A DNA stretch of 64,000 bases from Candidatus Omnitrophota bacterium (GCA_029560465.1 JAKQKX010000082.1:4947-68946); one strand, 5' to 3'. Positions 25,073-35,780 are shown, numbered from the stretch's first letter. The notes: a model not told the origin generated them from the sequence alone. A program made the numbers and translations.

Positions 25073-26734
25073 TTATAAGGACAATCCGATAAGCCCCGGA
25101 TTAACCAAAAGAATGATCCCTAACAAAATCATGATAATACCGCCGATGAATTTGATAACCTCCATCTGCCTTTGATTGATTTGTTTTGCCCGGAAAGTAT
25201 AAATAAAGATAAAGGTGATCACCAAAAGCGGAATCACATAAATGATATTATAATACGCTAAATACAAATAATAAGAAACCGTCTTTTCCAACCCTTTCCC
25301 CGACAGGATGCTCGTATAAATAAGGGGGAAACCTGCTGTGCATGGCAATTCAACCAAAGACGAAAGAGTGGCCAGGCCGATGGATGACGCCAACAGCATA
25401 GGAAAAGAGCCTTTTTGAATGACCTCTTTCATGGCCTGAATTTTCCTCATCAACGGGCCTTTATGTTGTTCTTGAATAGTCAGAGAAATCCCTTGTTTAA
25501 AAAAGAACAGCTCTTTGCAATTGATAAAGCCGGCCACTAACGCGATGAGGGCGATCCCGATTCTTAGCGGCGAAACAAACCCTATATATTGAAAAACATT
25601 CAGCCATGCCGCCATAAAAAGAAAATAAAAAATAAAGCACATCCCGACAAAACTAATCCCTACGACATAAAGACGCATCCGCGCCTGAGAGGTTGATATT
25701 AAAAGCGTTAGCAAGCAGGTCAGCACGAACATATTGCACGGATTAAAACTATCAGCCGCAGCAATCAATAAAGTAAAGATAGGTAACGGCAAGCGGTAGC
25801 CTGCGGATTCCAAAAAATTCGGTGAAATATTCTTGGCAAAAAAGAAAAACGAGGCTATCGCCAAGAACGAAATCGATGCAATAACAATATCTCTCATCCG
25901 GGACCGCAGTTCAAATTTTACAGGCATCCCCTTTTTTACTTTCCGGATACTGACTTTGAAGAAGGATAACGCGAGAAGCAGAACAGTCAGGGAAATTAAT
26001 AATCCCAAGAAACCATATTCAACAGACCTGCTTTCTTTCGGTTTTAATACCGCAGGCGAGCCGTTCCATTGTAAGCGCCAACCCCCAACCATAACGGCAT
26101 GTTGAAAAATAATTTTATCCTGTGAAATTTCAAACGAAATGGGCTTTACTTTAGTAAAATTAACGTCCTGTAAAGCCTCGGAGATATCTTCCGCCATAAT
26201 CAATTTTTTTAACGTTTTATCATCGCCGTTTTCGCCCTTAATAAACACCCGGTTTTTTGTCCATATATTCACGTGTCCCGGCAATTTCGTAATATCTAAT
26301 TCATTAAAACTGACGGATGTGCCGTCTTCTTTGGGGAAATCGTTGGAGTTAATGCTCAGAATTTCTTCACTGGCTTTTAAGACGTTGAACCGCCCTATGA
26401 AAGTTTTATTTTTATTAATTATAAAAAATGGCACACCGACTCTTCCGGCGGGCAAATAATTCCTAAAATAAGCATCTGTAGTCTTTTGATTGGCTTTCTG
26501 TGAACGATAAATCTCATATTCAAAGATGACTAAATTCGGATTAGCTGTCACTGCGTTTACAAACAACGCAGGATCAGTTATGGCGCAATTACCGCAACCG
26601 ATGCCCGTTATATATACAGCACAGGCAACCTTTTTATTAAGAGCCGTTTCCGCCGATGCCAAGCCTCCGGCAATAAGTACACCTAAAAAAATCCATAAAT
26701 TTATTTTATGGCAAATGGAAAAGGACATTTTCAT
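25073..26734 (-). CDS. Thioredoxin-like plus CcdA/DsbD-like membrane protein
   Basis: CGNC in the N-domain; TM domain with DSFNPC and ELPCTAG. Confidence 0.8.
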   Translation of the reverse strand: MKMSFSICHKINLWIFLGVLIAGGLASAETALNKKVACAVYITGIGCGNCAITDPALFVNAVTANPNLVIFEYEIYRSQKANQKTTDAYFRNYLPAGRVGVPFFIINKNKTFIGRFNVLKASEEILSINSNDFPKEDGTSVSFNELDITKLPGHVNIWTKNRVFIKGENGDDKTLKKLIMAEDISEALQDVNFTKVKPISFEISQDKIIFQHAVMVGGWRLQWNGSPAVLKPKESRSVEYGFLGLLISLTVLLLALSFFKVSIRKVKKGMPVKFELRSRMRDIVIASISFLAIASFFFFAKNISPNFLESAGYRLPLPIFTLLIAAADSFNPCNMFVLTCLLTLLISTSQARMRLYVVGISFVGMCFIFYFLFMAAWLNVFQYIGFVSPLRIGIALIALVAGFINCKELFFFKQGISLTIQEQHKGPLMRKIQAMKEVIQKGSFPMLLASSIGLATLSSLVELPCTAGFPLIYTSILSGKGLEKTVSYYLYLAYYNIIYVIPLLVITFIFIYTFRAKQINQRQMEVIKFIGGIIMILLGIILLVNPGLIGLSL

Positions 26735-26772
26735 AATACCTTTACGCTCCTTTCTCTAAAAACTAAACAATT

Positions 26773-27642
26773 TCAATTCCTGATTTTTTTGAGAAATATA
26801 TCCCCTACCATTGATCCGGAATGTCGGGCGATTACAGGGCACTTTACTTTCAGCAGAAAATAAACCTCTCGACTACAATCGCTTAGGGCTTCATAGTTAC
26901 CCTGGCCTTTGCTGATGATCAAATCTGCCTCCTTAAAATCTTTCAGGAATTCACTCGAGCAGTATTTCAAAATCGTTCCTGGAGCATCGACACCGCTAGA
27001 TATAACTTGAGCAACCTCATTTATCCCACACAAAATTGCATCTTCCATAAGGGCATCATTAATCGTGGGCTTATCCCGAACCACAAAAATAATTTTCCAA
27101 TTGTCGCAAAGTTCCTCAATCAAAACCCGGTCAAAAACAATTTCGCCGGCATTATCCGCTAAATAAAGAACTGTTTTCGCCGTGCCCAAATCCTTCCGGA
27201 AATCCTCATACTCAAAAATTCCTTTCTTTCCTGGAGTAAAATCATCCTGAAATAATTTTTCGATCTCTTCTTCAATATTAAGCGTGCTTTTTGCTGCATA
27301 ATCGATAATATTGCCCGCAATAGCAATCTCAACGGCGGTTAGCAATCGGTCATTTGACTGGGCCACTTTTTCTTTAAGTTTGGGGTAAAGCTTCATGGCC
27401 CGGCGATTACTTTGGTCTTTGATCCCCTTATAGAAATCTTGCTCGCCGAATCTTTTCCTGAAAAGCTGGTGCATCTCCCGCGCCATCTCGGGAGGCGTTA
27501 ACCCCAAAGAAAATTTAGGAATTAATCTAGCCACTTCATCCATTATTTCTTTATGGATAAGTTCATTCCCGGTGAATAATTTTCCCATCTCAAGCGCCTG
27601 TTTAAAAAAGCACGGGATGCATTCTACAAATGTTCTCATCAT
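26773..27642 (-). CDS. DUF89/ARMT1-like damage-control phosphatase
   Basis: ECIPCF, AIAGNIID, DNAGEIVFD, IND, SKGQGNYE and KC. Confidence 0.93.
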   Translation of the reverse strand: MMRTFVECIPCFFKQALEMGKLFTGNELIHKEIMDEVARLIPKFSLGLTPPEMAREMHQLFRKRFGEQDFYKGIKDQSNRRAMKLYPKLKEKVAQSNDRLLTAVEIAIAGNIIDYAAKSTLNIEEEIEKLFQDDFTPGKKGIFEYEDFRKDLGTAKTVLYLADNAGEIVFDRVLIEELCDNWKIIFVVRDKPTINDALMEDAILCGINEVAQVISSGVDAPGTILKYCSSEFLKDFKEADLIISKGQGNYEALSDCSREVYFLLKVKCPVIARHSGSMVGDIFLKKIRN

Positions 27643-27769
27643 TATTCCTTATTTTTAAATAGCCGCAAAGCCAGCTTATTCCTGAACTTCATCTGAAAAA
27701 GCTGATCATTATCTTTCTCCAGCAAATCATCCAATTTCATCACCGATGAAATACGAAACACTATTGTAT

Positions 27770-28140
27770 TTATAAAATTAAGTTAAGAGTTGTTCTGATG
27801 GTTAACGCAACCATAATCATGATTAAAGTTGCTTTCAACATATCTTTTATTCCCAACTCCCGCGTTAAAACCATATATGTGGCAATACATGGAAAATAAA
27901 CCGCCAATATTATTGACCCGATAACAAGTTGTTTTGTCGTCAGGTTAAGCGGGCCTAACATCCCAACGGCGATGTCTTTTCTTAAAAAACCCATGATGAG
28001 CGCAGAAATCGCTTCTTTCGGAAGACCCCATAAACCGGATAATAGGGGTGCAAAAATTATGGCCAAAAATTCGATAATCTTTAAGGTGTAGAAAATATTC
28101 ACGACCAGAACCCCTAATAAAACAAAGGGCAAGGCATGAA
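27770..28140 (-). pseudogene. feoB: FeoB C-terminal fragment
   Basis: ALPFVLLG...GFLRKDIAVG...YFPCIAT...RELG; the GTPase domain is absent. Confidence 0.85.
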
Positions 28141-28275
28141 TATTTTCCCATGGAATTAAAGTCGTCGGGACAGGCATACAAATCATACCCATATACATTC
28201 CAACCGTGTGTCAAAAGTACCACAGAACGCCGATGCGGCTTATTGGAGGCCCCGATAACGGCTACTTTTATCCCT

Positions 28276-28905
28276 TTACTCCTTTAAAGCGCTAATGACA
28301 ACAAACGAACCCTTGCCATAACCATTTTTTATCGGTTCAATATCTTTAATTTTCCTCAAATCTTTAAAAATAGTCTGATTAAACTCAAATTTTTTAAATC
28401 CCGCATTTTTTAAATAAAACACAACCTCGTCAATGGAATAAAAGGTCGCAAGCTTATAAAATTCGTTTTCATTTTTATGTTTTTGGTAAATTTCCCCAAC
28501 AGGACTATTTTTGTCAATAAATCCGATTACCAAATGGCTGTTTGGTTTCAGGATCCGATATGTTTCCCTAAATGCTTTATTTATATCATCAAAAAAACAA
28601 ATCATTGTGACCATTAAAACAAAATCAAATTGAAAATCATTAAAAGGAAGATATTCTCCACTTGCATCAATAACTTTTATCCCACGCGCTTTTGCTAGCA
28701 TTCTCATTTTAGGAGAAGGCTCAACACCAAAACTAATTCCCAATGGCCCGGCAAAACGGCCGCTTCCTACTCCAACTTCAAGGCCGTTTCCTTGTTGAGG
28801 TAACAGCCCCTTGACAGCCTGAAGCTCTGACTGATAAACCCAATAGTTTTTTTCAAACCAGCCCTCATACTGATCCGCATATTCTTCAAATGGCTGAATT
28901 TTCAT
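28276..28905 (-). CDS. Class I SAM-dependent methyltransferase
   Basis: LEVGVGSGRF, GVEPS, GEYLPF and RILKP. Confidence 0.92.
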   Translation of the reverse strand: MKIQPFEEYADQYEGWFEKNYWVYQSELQAVKGLLPQQGNGLEVGVGSGRFAGPLGISFGVEPSPKMRMLAKARGIKVIDASGEYLPFNDFQFDFVLMVTMICFFDDINKAFRETYRILKPNSHLVIGFIDKNSPVGEIYQKHKNENEFYKLATFYSIDEVVFYLKNAGFKKFEFNQTIFKDLRKIKDIEPIKNGYGKGSFVVISALKE

Positions 28906-28929
28906 TCTGCCGCCCCCCAATTTGTCACG

Positions 28930-28991
28930 TCAATACTGACAGAACCCGTTTGAGTACCCAGGGGAACAATGCTAATTCCCATAATCGGCAT
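28930..28991 (-). pseudogene. MTH1187/thiamine-binding protein N-terminal fragment
   Basis: MPIMGISIVPLGTQTGSVS matches the family start, then the similarity ends. Confidence 0.65.
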
Positions 28992-29006
28992 TTTAATTAC
29001 TTCTGT

Positions 29007-29621
29007 TTAACTTTTTTTGACAAATAACAAGGGAAACACAATATCGCTCACGCAACAGGGCAACCAAACAGCTAAAAAAAGAAAAACAAAAACACCTACA
29101 TACATCAGCCAGTTCAACGGGGCCCCGATTGCCATAATCATATGAAACAAGGATGCCCATGTGCTCAACAAAACATGCACGGCATGCGGAAACTTTGTCG
29201 ATGGTCTAAAATAAGCGATCGCGATCCCCAAAATTGCCAACGGATTAACTAACCACCATTTTTCAATGAATCCAATATGTATTTCTCTGTTAGGCATATT
29301 CAACATCACTTCACCTAAGTAAGGAATTATTGAATCACTTATAGTGGCGATGCCCACAGATCCGACATATCCAATGACAAGCAGGACCCCAATAGTACAT
29401 TCTTTTCTCTGATGACTACACATATAAAATTCATACATCGAAGCCGTTACAAGGGCACTTAAAATGACATGCAGGGGATGCAGGACATAAAAAATATTAA
29501 AAGAAATATTTTGAGGAAGTCGTTGCAGGAAGACAACGATGATAATTCCGGTAAAGGCCCCTAAAATGGTAAAAGGCGCATGAATTTTAAGTTCCCGAAA
29601 GATTTGATTAACTTTTTTCAT
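29007..29621 (-). CDS. Conserved His/Cys-containing membrane protein
   Basis: Multiple TM helices; HAPFT, HPLHV, PHAVHV and PCCVSD. Confidence 0.8.
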   Translation of the reverse strand: MKKVNQIFRELKIHAPFTILGAFTGIIIVVFLQRLPQNISFNIFYVLHPLHVILSALVTASMYEFYMCSHQRKECTIGVLLVIGYVGSVGIATISDSIIPYLGEVMLNMPNREIHIGFIEKWWLVNPLAILGIAIAYFRPSTKFPHAVHVLLSTWASLFHMIMAIGAPLNWLMYVGVFVFLFLAVWLPCCVSDIVFPLLFVKKS

Positions 29622-29650
29622 TTAATTGTTCCCCTGAACAGTTTTTATAT

Positions 29651-30162
29651 TTAAACAAATATTTTTTCAAAGGCCCTTTTTATTATCTTTCTGTGGACTA
29701 AAAATGGAATATACGGGATACTATTTCGATGGAAAAATTTTGCATCCTTCAGCTCATCGCTTATGCAGATGTTTTCGTTAGAAACCTCGACCGCGTAACC
29801 TATAACGATTATAGATTCATAAATCTTTGTTTTCCGAAGGTAAACGCCTGCCAACCCCTTTATTGTCCCTTTTAGCCCCGTCTCTTCTTTCAATTCCCTC
29901 AAGCAGGCTGACTCTGGACTCTCATTCGATTCAATAAATCCTCCGGGTAAAGCCCATTTATTCTTCCCAGGCTCCCGATTTCTTTTCCCAACCAGGATAG
30001 GATTTTTCCTTCGGTATTTATAACCGCGCAAACGGCAACTGATAAAGGATTTCGATAGTCTATCCAACCACATTTTCGGCAAACTAATTTTTTCCCGTTT
30101 TCAACTATCCCGGGGACTAATTCACCTTTACATAAAGGGCAGAATTTAAAGGTTCGTTTCAT
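29651..30162 (-). pseudogene. Zn-ribbon NUDIX hydrolase, frameshifted
   Basis: MKRTFKFCPLC...CRKC...YRNP in one frame and WALPGG...RELKEETGL in another. A 5-bp tandem duplication (AGGAT-AGGAT) lies at 29994-30003. Confidence 0.9.
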
Positions 30163-30292
30163 TATTAATTTTCCAAATCCCGTTATGCGCATTTTTATTG
30201 TAAATGTTCTTATCAATGTGCCGCGCATGAATTTTCTTTATCCCCGCATGTTTTAATTTTCTGAACAAAGTCAAATAATCGATAATTAATTT

Positions 30293-30496
30293 TCAATCAA
30301 TGGCTTGTTTTATCGCTTCTTTGATGACATTTTTTCGGGGCTCCCCAGCTTCTGGGGGAAAATGATACAAATGTTTTGCCAAGGGACAATACACGACCGA
30401 AGGTCCTGTTATATTAATGATTTTACCGTTTGAGACGCTGATAAACGTCCTCAAATACCCAAAGACATGAATATGCTTATTTAAAGAATTCATCAT
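30293..30496 (-). pseudogene. DUF2099-like N-terminal fragment
   Basis: ISVSNGKIINITGPSVVYCPL resembles the DUF2099 start; only 67 aa. Confidence 0.6.
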
Positions 30497-30500
30497 GTCC

Positions 30501-31352
30501 TCAATCCTGGACTTTTTTCCAAATATTTCTTAACTCCTGGCTTAACGTGCCATTCGCGTACTCAACGATGCTTTTCCCTTCAACCATGGCTTCCACAACT
30601 TTTTTATCAAATCCTAACTTACCGATCAAAGGTACTGTTCTTTTCTGGCACATACTCTCGATCTGATCCGTCATAGATAAATTGAGATCGTACTTATTAA
30701 CAATAAGTTTTACCGGCGTTTTAAAATGTTGCGCGACATCCATAACCCTCTCTGCGTCGTGAAGCCCGGAAAGCGTCGGCTCCGTCACGACCACCGCGCA
30801 ATCAACACCCGATAAGGAGGCGATGACCGGACAGCCAATCCCCGGAGGCCCGTCGATAATAACATAATCTAACTGTTGCTGTTCTGCCAATTCTTTAGCC
30901 ACTTGACGTATTTTTGCTACCAATTTTCCGGAATTCTCTTCTGCGATACCAAGCTTGGCATGGATAAACGGGCCATATTGGGTATCTGACAAGAACCATT
31001 CCCCGGATGTATTCTCTTCCATCCTTATAGCATTGCAGGGACAAACACGGCTGCACAAAGCACAGCCCTCGCAAGAAAATTCCTCAATACGATAATTCGA
31101 AGTAATGGCATCATAACGGCACACGGCAAGACATCTCCCGCACCCCTGACAGGCATTTTTATTAATGACAGCTCTTTTCCCGCTTTTAAATTCATGCCGC
31201 TCTTTAATAATGGGGTGGAGTAATAAATGCAAATCTGCTGCGTCAACATCGCAATCGACCATGACTTTTTTATTGACTAAGGCGGCCAGAGACGCCGTGA
31301 CAACTGTCTTTCCGGTCCCCCCTTTCCCGCTGATAACGAGTATTTGTTTCAT
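30501..31352 (-). CDS. MinD-superfamily P-loop ATPase with inserted ferredoxin domain
   Basis: SGKGGTGKT, DCDVDAAD, two CxxCxxCxxxC motifs and DGPPGIGCP. Confidence 0.93.
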   Translation of the reverse strand: MKQILVISGKGGTGKTVVTASLAALVNKKVMVDCDVDAADLHLLLHPIIKERHEFKSGKRAVINKNACQGCGRCLAVCRYDAITSNYRIEEFSCEGCALCSRVCPCNAIRMEENTSGEWFLSDTQYGPFIHAKLGIAEENSGKLVAKIRQVAKELAEQQQLDYVIIDGPPGIGCPVIASLSGVDCAVVVTEPTLSGLHDAERVMDVAQHFKTPVKLIVNKYDLNLSMTDQIESMCQKRTVPLIGKLGFDKKVVEAMVEGKSIVEYANGTLSQELRNIWKKVQD

Positions 31353-31419
31353 CGTATTTCCTGTTCGAAATTTTTAAAAAGCGACAAGTCGTTCCTTTAA
31401 AATATTGTGCCTATTTATT

Positions 31420-31620
31420 TTTCAAAAAAGAAGCATCCCTCTGCAACCACGCAAATAATAAGTAAATATACAGGGTTTAACTTAATGCCGCTAAAGCAAG
31501 TAAATAAGGATGGAAATCATAAAAATTTCATTTAGCCATTAGATGAACTGCCCGCACAAAAAAATAAGAACTACGACTATAATGGCGCTTAAGAATTCCT
31601 AACGGAATCTTAATTACAAT
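31420..31620 (-). pseudogene. Degraded membrane-protein remnant, possibly a chromate transporter end
   Basis: Broken hydrophobic frames ending GIKLNPVYLLIICVVA. Limits are approximate. Confidence 0.35.
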
Positions 31621-31677
31621 GCGGGAAAAGAATGGCACCCAAAATCCTATATAATCTTATAACTAACACATGTAGCC

Positions 31678-33027
31678 CTACTGTTTGTTTAAGGCATCCT
31701 GCGCTGCCATGATAATCGGATACATCGTTGGCGCGCTTGTTAAATACGGATGAGTCGCTACTTGTAATGTTTCCAATTCCGTTAAAGACATGCGTTTCTG
31801 GATGGCAATGCCGATGACATTAATTAATTGAGCGCAGGAAATCCCGCAGCTAATCTGCCCCCCTAAAATTATCCCCGACTGTTTAGAAAAAATTAATTTG
31901 ACCTTGCCTTGAGAAGCTCCCGGCAGCGAAGCGGGATGTTTATCAACACCATCAACACTTCCGACCATAATTTCAAACCCTTCTTCACGGGCGGTTTTTT
32001 CTGTTAACCCTGCGGAACCTAATACCAAACCGTCAATATATGTGGAATAAATAGCAATCGTCCCTTTGTTTTCCCTGACAACTTTTATCTGATAAAGGTT
32101 AGCGCCCGCGATTCTTGCTTCGGCGGTCGCCGTTGATGCCAGCATAACCGGGATAGCCTTTCGGGTATAAAAGTCTCTTTTACAGGAGCAATCGCCTATC
32201 GCGAAAATGTCTTTGTCGCCTGTGGTCCGCATATATTCATCAACGAGGATACCTTTACACTGCCCTATTTCCAGACCGGCACCTGTCGCTAATTCAACAT
32301 TGGGTTTGGAACCCACGCCCAGGATTATTCCGTCGAAATCCTGTTCTTCCCCGTTCGAAAACCGTACCCGCTCAACTTTATCCACACCAATAATTTCATC
32401 AACTCGTGTATTTGTTAATACCCGAACACCATTCTTTTTTAACTTAATTTCCGCCATCGCAGAAAATTCTTCATCAAAAGAATTAGCCAGCAAATGCGGC
32501 AACATTTCTACGAGGGAAACTTTTATTCCGTTTAATTTAGACAATTCATCGGCGAATTCCACACCGATAAAACCACCTCCGATAACTAAAACATTCTTAC
32601 ATTGTTTTACTTTATTTATAATATTTTTTAAATATCCAAGATCTTTATATATGGAATATACACCTTGCTTCTCAATCCCCTTAATCGGCAAGACAATCGG
32701 TGTTGAGCCGACAGCTAGAATTAATTTTTCATAATAATATTTATCTTGATTGACCGTCTCGACAACTTTATTTTTTCTGTCAATTTTAAGGGCTTTATCT
32801 ACAACAATCTTGACATTATTTTTTTCTAGTGACGCCATCCCCAACTTGTTTTCTTCGGGGTTATTTAAACTCGCGAACATGTAGGGAATCCCGCAAGGGA
32901 TCACTCCGTCGGCAATATCTTTCATCAATAACACGTTTTTGGAAGGATAATATTCTTTAACAGTTAGTGCGCTGACGACCCCCGCCGGCCCTCCGCCGAC
33001 AATAAGAACATCAATTTTGTTTCCCAT
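31678..33027 (-). CDS. FAD-dependent NADH oxidase / CoA-disulfide reductase family
   Basis: GGGPAG, PCGIPY (single redox Cys), GGGFIGVE and AIGDC. Confidence 0.92.
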   Translation of the reverse strand: MGNKIDVLIVGGGPAGVVSALTVKEYYPSKNVLLMKDIADGVIPCGIPYMFASLNNPEENKLGMASLEKNNVKIVVDKALKIDRKNKVVETVNQDKYYYEKLILAVGSTPIVLPIKGIEKQGVYSIYKDLGYLKNIINKVKQCKNVLVIGGGFIGVEFADELSKLNGIKVSLVEMLPHLLANSFDEEFSAMAEIKLKKNGVRVLTNTRVDEIIGVDKVERVRFSNGEEQDFDGIILGVGSKPNVELATGAGLEIGQCKGILVDEYMRTTGDKDIFAIGDCSCKRDFYTRKAIPVMLASTATAEARIAGANLYQIKVVRENKGTIAIYSTYIDGLVLGSAGLTEKTAREEGFEIMVGSVDGVDKHPASLPGASQGKVKLIFSKQSGIILGGQISCGISCAQLINVIGIAIQKRMSLTELETLQVATHPYLTSAPTMYPIIMAAQDALNKQ

Positions 33028-33055
33028 TGGCTAACCTTTCTTTTTGTTGTTGCCT

Positions 33056-33910
33056 TTAGAGTTTGTAAGTTTGGCAAATATGCTCAAACAGCCGAACAAA
33101 TTTTTCTTTATAGGAAGGATCTTCCTGGACAATCGGAATTCCCGTTGAATACAAAACCGCGATTTTTTTGCTGAAAGGGATCCTCATTAAGATCGGAATC
33201 CCTTCCCTTTCACAGTATTTTTCTACGCCTGAATCGCCCAAGTCCGCCCTATTAATAACGACTCCAAATGGAATTTGTAATTTGCGTAACACTTCAACCG
33301 CCAGGATCAAATCATTCAATCCAAAAGGCGTGGGTTCCGTGACCAGGATGCAATAATCACTTCCTTTGACCGTAGTTATAACAGGACATGAAGTCCCGGG
33401 AGGGGCATCAATAATGACTGTTTTCGTTGGATTAATATGTTGTTTAACCTGCCGAATAAGCGGCGGGGACATGGCTTCTCCGATATTAAGACGGCCGTGA
33501 ATAAATTGGATATCATAGCTCTGCCCGATTCCTATCCGGCCGATCTCCTTATCAACTTCTTTAATAGCCCCTTGCGGACAAAGCAGACGACACGCTCCGC
33601 AGCCATGGCATAAATTTTGGAAAAGTAACCAGTGCCCTTTTTTATCGTCTTTGGCAGGAAATACTGCAAGCGCGTTATAAGCGCATACATCACGGCACTG
33701 GCCACAATAATTACATTTACCCTCATCCACTTCCGGTATGGGGATATAAGCTTTTTTCTCTTCCGAGATGATAGGTTTTAAAAATAAATGAGCGTTGGGC
33801 TCTTCCACATCACAGTCGAGGAATTGAACATCCTTGAGTGAAAGCGCGAAATTCACGGCCACCGTAGTTTTCCCGGTGCCGCCTTTCCCGCTAGCAATGG
33901 AAATAATCAT
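33056..33910 (-). CDS. MinD-superfamily P-loop ATPase with inserted ferredoxin domain
   Basis: ASGKGGTGKT, DCDVEEPN, two 4Fe-4S motifs and DAPPGTSCP. Confidence 0.93.
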   Translation of the reverse strand: MIISIASGKGGTGKTTVAVNFALSLKDVQFLDCDVEEPNAHLFLKPIISEEKKAYIPIPEVDEGKCNYCGQCRDVCAYNALAVFPAKDDKKGHWLLFQNLCHGCGACRLLCPQGAIKEVDKEIGRIGIGQSYDIQFIHGRLNIGEAMSPPLIRQVKQHINPTKTVIIDAPPGTSCPVITTVKGSDYCILVTEPTPFGLNDLILAVEVLRKLQIPFGVVINRADLGDSGVEKYCEREGIPILMRIPFSKKIAVLYSTGIPIVQEDPSYKEKFVRLFEHICQTYKL

Positions 33911-34142
33911 TTTTTTGCCTTTTAACATGTCGAACGATAATTATTTTCTGAATTTAGTTTTGGAATTTTCTATGTTACACAATAACCAAAGTAAAGGTAA
34001 AACGACTTTTGCAAATTCCAATTGCAAGAATTCTTTTCAAAAATAGGCAGGGACTTATTAAGAATAAAAATTTTTTCTTGTTTTTAATCGTAATTAAATA
34101 TTGTTTCTAATTCTTCAGAATCCCTTTATCCAAAATATTTCT

Positions 34143-34310
34143 TTATTCCCTTCGCATTTCAGTACCGCATTTAGGGCATTTCATAGAAGAACATGGCGAT
34201 CCGGCCTGATGGGGGACCTTTGTCCCGCAGCTCAGGCAGATACAGTTACCGCGTGGCCCCGCGCCTTGGCGATTTCCACCCATTCCGCCTTGACCCTGTC
34301 CGTTAGGCAT
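34143..34310 (-). CDS. 55-aa Gly-rich/Cys-rich (zinc-ribbon) microprotein
   Basis: Below the ORF track cutoff: MPNGQGQGGMGGNRQGAGPRGNCICLSCGTKVPHQAGSPCSSMKCPKCGTEMRRE*. RBS AGGAGGAG. Confidence 0.85.
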   Translation of the reverse strand: MPNGQGQGGMGGNRQGAGPRGNCICLSCGTKVPHQAGSPCSSMKCPKCGTEMRRE

Positions 34311-34323
34311 TTAAACTCCTCCT

Positions 34324-34497
34324 TTATGTGGGAAGCGATAACGCTTCGCTGGGACATTCATTAACACATGCACAGCATTCTATGCAGGCATCGCTAATAG
34401 ACGCCTTGCTGTTTTCAACTTTTATTGCATCAACAGGACAAATATCCTTGCAGGTGCCGCAACCGTCACATTTATTTATATCCACGTTTACTGCCAT
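34324..34497 (-). CDS. 2[4Fe-4S] ferredoxin
   Basis: CDGCGTCKDICP and CIECCACVNECP. RBS AGGAG before ATG 34497. Confidence 0.93.
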   Translation of the reverse strand: MAVNVDINKCDGCGTCKDICPVDAIKVENSKASISDACIECCACVNECPSEALSLPT

Positions 34498-34531
34498 CAC
34501 GACTCCTTGATATTTATTTCTAAAATAATTA

Positions 34532-34966
34532 TTAATTTTTATAATATGAAATGCCTCGATGAAGAAACTGCGACTCAACTCTTCCCGGGTTAAAATATTT
34601 CGCGCAGGATTCCTGCGCTTTTTGTTCGTCAAAATCTTTACAACAATAAACATCAATGGAAATAAAATTCTTCTGGCTCAAGGTATGAATAACTACCGAG
34701 CTTTCAATTAAAGGCACCCATCCGGAAAGGCCGGCCTTATCGGGAAATTTTTTTTCGTCACTGCGAAAAATGCTCGGAGGCGCCTGTTTTTCCATTTTAA
34801 GCTCCTCCACAATAGTGTCGAGAAATCGATAACACAAATCCAAATCGTCGCAGGCACCTGGTTTACAATCATAAAAATCTAAAAGGAGCTCGTAACCAAA
34901 AGCTTTTTCTCTAATTTTGAAACCAGATTCCGCTTCTTTTGTGTCTGGAGTTTTTAATGCTGCCAT
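34532..34966 (-). CDS. S-adenosylmethionine decarboxylase-like pyruvoyl proenzyme
   Basis: GYELLLDFYDC...GLSGWVPLIESSVVIHT...SIDVYCCKDFD. Confidence 0.82.
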   Translation of the reverse strand: MAALKTPDTKEAESGFKIREKAFGYELLLDFYDCKPGACDDLDLCYRFLDTIVEELKMEKQAPPSIFRSDEKKFPDKAGLSGWVPLIESSVVIHTLSQKNFISIDVYCCKDFDEQKAQESCAKYFNPGRVESQFLHRGISYYKN

Positions 34967-34983
34967 CTTTTCCCCTTTTTGTG

Positions 34984-35352
34984 TTATCGATTAAACCCGG
35001 ACTTTTTTGCAGCATCGGGTGCATCAGCTTTTTTAAGCTTCCCGTTTTTAAAATTTTCAATTGTTTCAGCAGCGGTCCCTGAAGCGCCAATATAAATATC
35101 AATTCCTGCGGCTTGCAGCGTCTGAAAAGCATTCGGCCCGACGTGCCCGGTCACAACGGCTTTGACGCCTACCGTTGCCATTAACTGCCCTGCCTGAATT
35201 CCCGCGCCACCACTGGCATTAGCGCTCACATTGTCTTTTATCTCAAATTCTAAAGTTTCCGTGTCGACAAACAAAAAATATTTACATCGGCCAAAGCGCG
35301 GATCTACTTTTGAATCAAGATTCCCGCCTTCTGAAGTAACACATATTTTCAT
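34984..35352 (-). CDS. NifB/NifX family metal-cluster-binding protein
   Basis: VDPRFGRCKYF, GGAGIQA and GPNAF. Confidence 0.92.
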   Translation of the reverse strand: MKICVTSEGGNLDSKVDPRFGRCKYFLFVDTETLEFEIKDNVSANASGGAGIQAGQLMATVGVKAVVTGHVGPNAFQTLQAAGIDIYIGASGTAAETIENFKNGKLKKADAPDAAKKSGFNR

Positions 35353-35366
35353 AATTCCGGACCTCC

Positions 35367-35765
35367 TTAATGGTCGCACTCCTCTTTATGGGGGTGATCA
35401 CATTCGTCTTTTTCCAGCCCATAACCTTTGCCGGCACCGGGGTTGCAAAGGCTTTCACCGCCTTCTAAGGTGTCTTGTTGAAGTTGATCAATGACAGTAT
35501 CTATCTTCCCACTGATCCCCAGAATCGTTTTAATATTGTATCCATCAAAAAATGATGTTGCCCGCATACCCATGCCCCCGGCGATGATGCAACTTACTCC
35601 TTTTTGATGTAAAAATTCAGGGATAGCGCCCGGTTGGTGCCCCGGATTCGCGACCGGTGTCCTCTTAATAACTTTGCCGTTTTCAACGTCGACAAGAGTA
35701 AAAGAAGGACATCTGCCAAAATGAGCAGACACAAATTCTCCATCTGTAGAAATAGCGACCCGCAT
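35367..35765 (-). CDS. NifB/NifX family metal-cluster-binding protein
   Basis: VSAHFGRCPSF, NPGHQPG and AGGMG; C-terminal CDH repeated twice. Confidence 0.92.
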   Translation of the reverse strand: MRVAISTDGEFVSAHFGRCPSFTLVDVENGKVIKRTPVANPGHQPGAIPEFLHQKGVSCIIAGGMGMRATSFFDGYNIKTILGISGKIDTVIDQLQQDTLEGGESLCNPGAGKGYGLEKDECDHPHKEECDH

Positions 35766-35780
35766 TTAAACTCCTTTTTC

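Noticed and set aside
27645-27770. Startless frame ending ...KLDDLLEKDNDQLFQMKFRNKLALRLFKNKE*
   Set aside because: Probably another gene remnant, but no family could be assigned.
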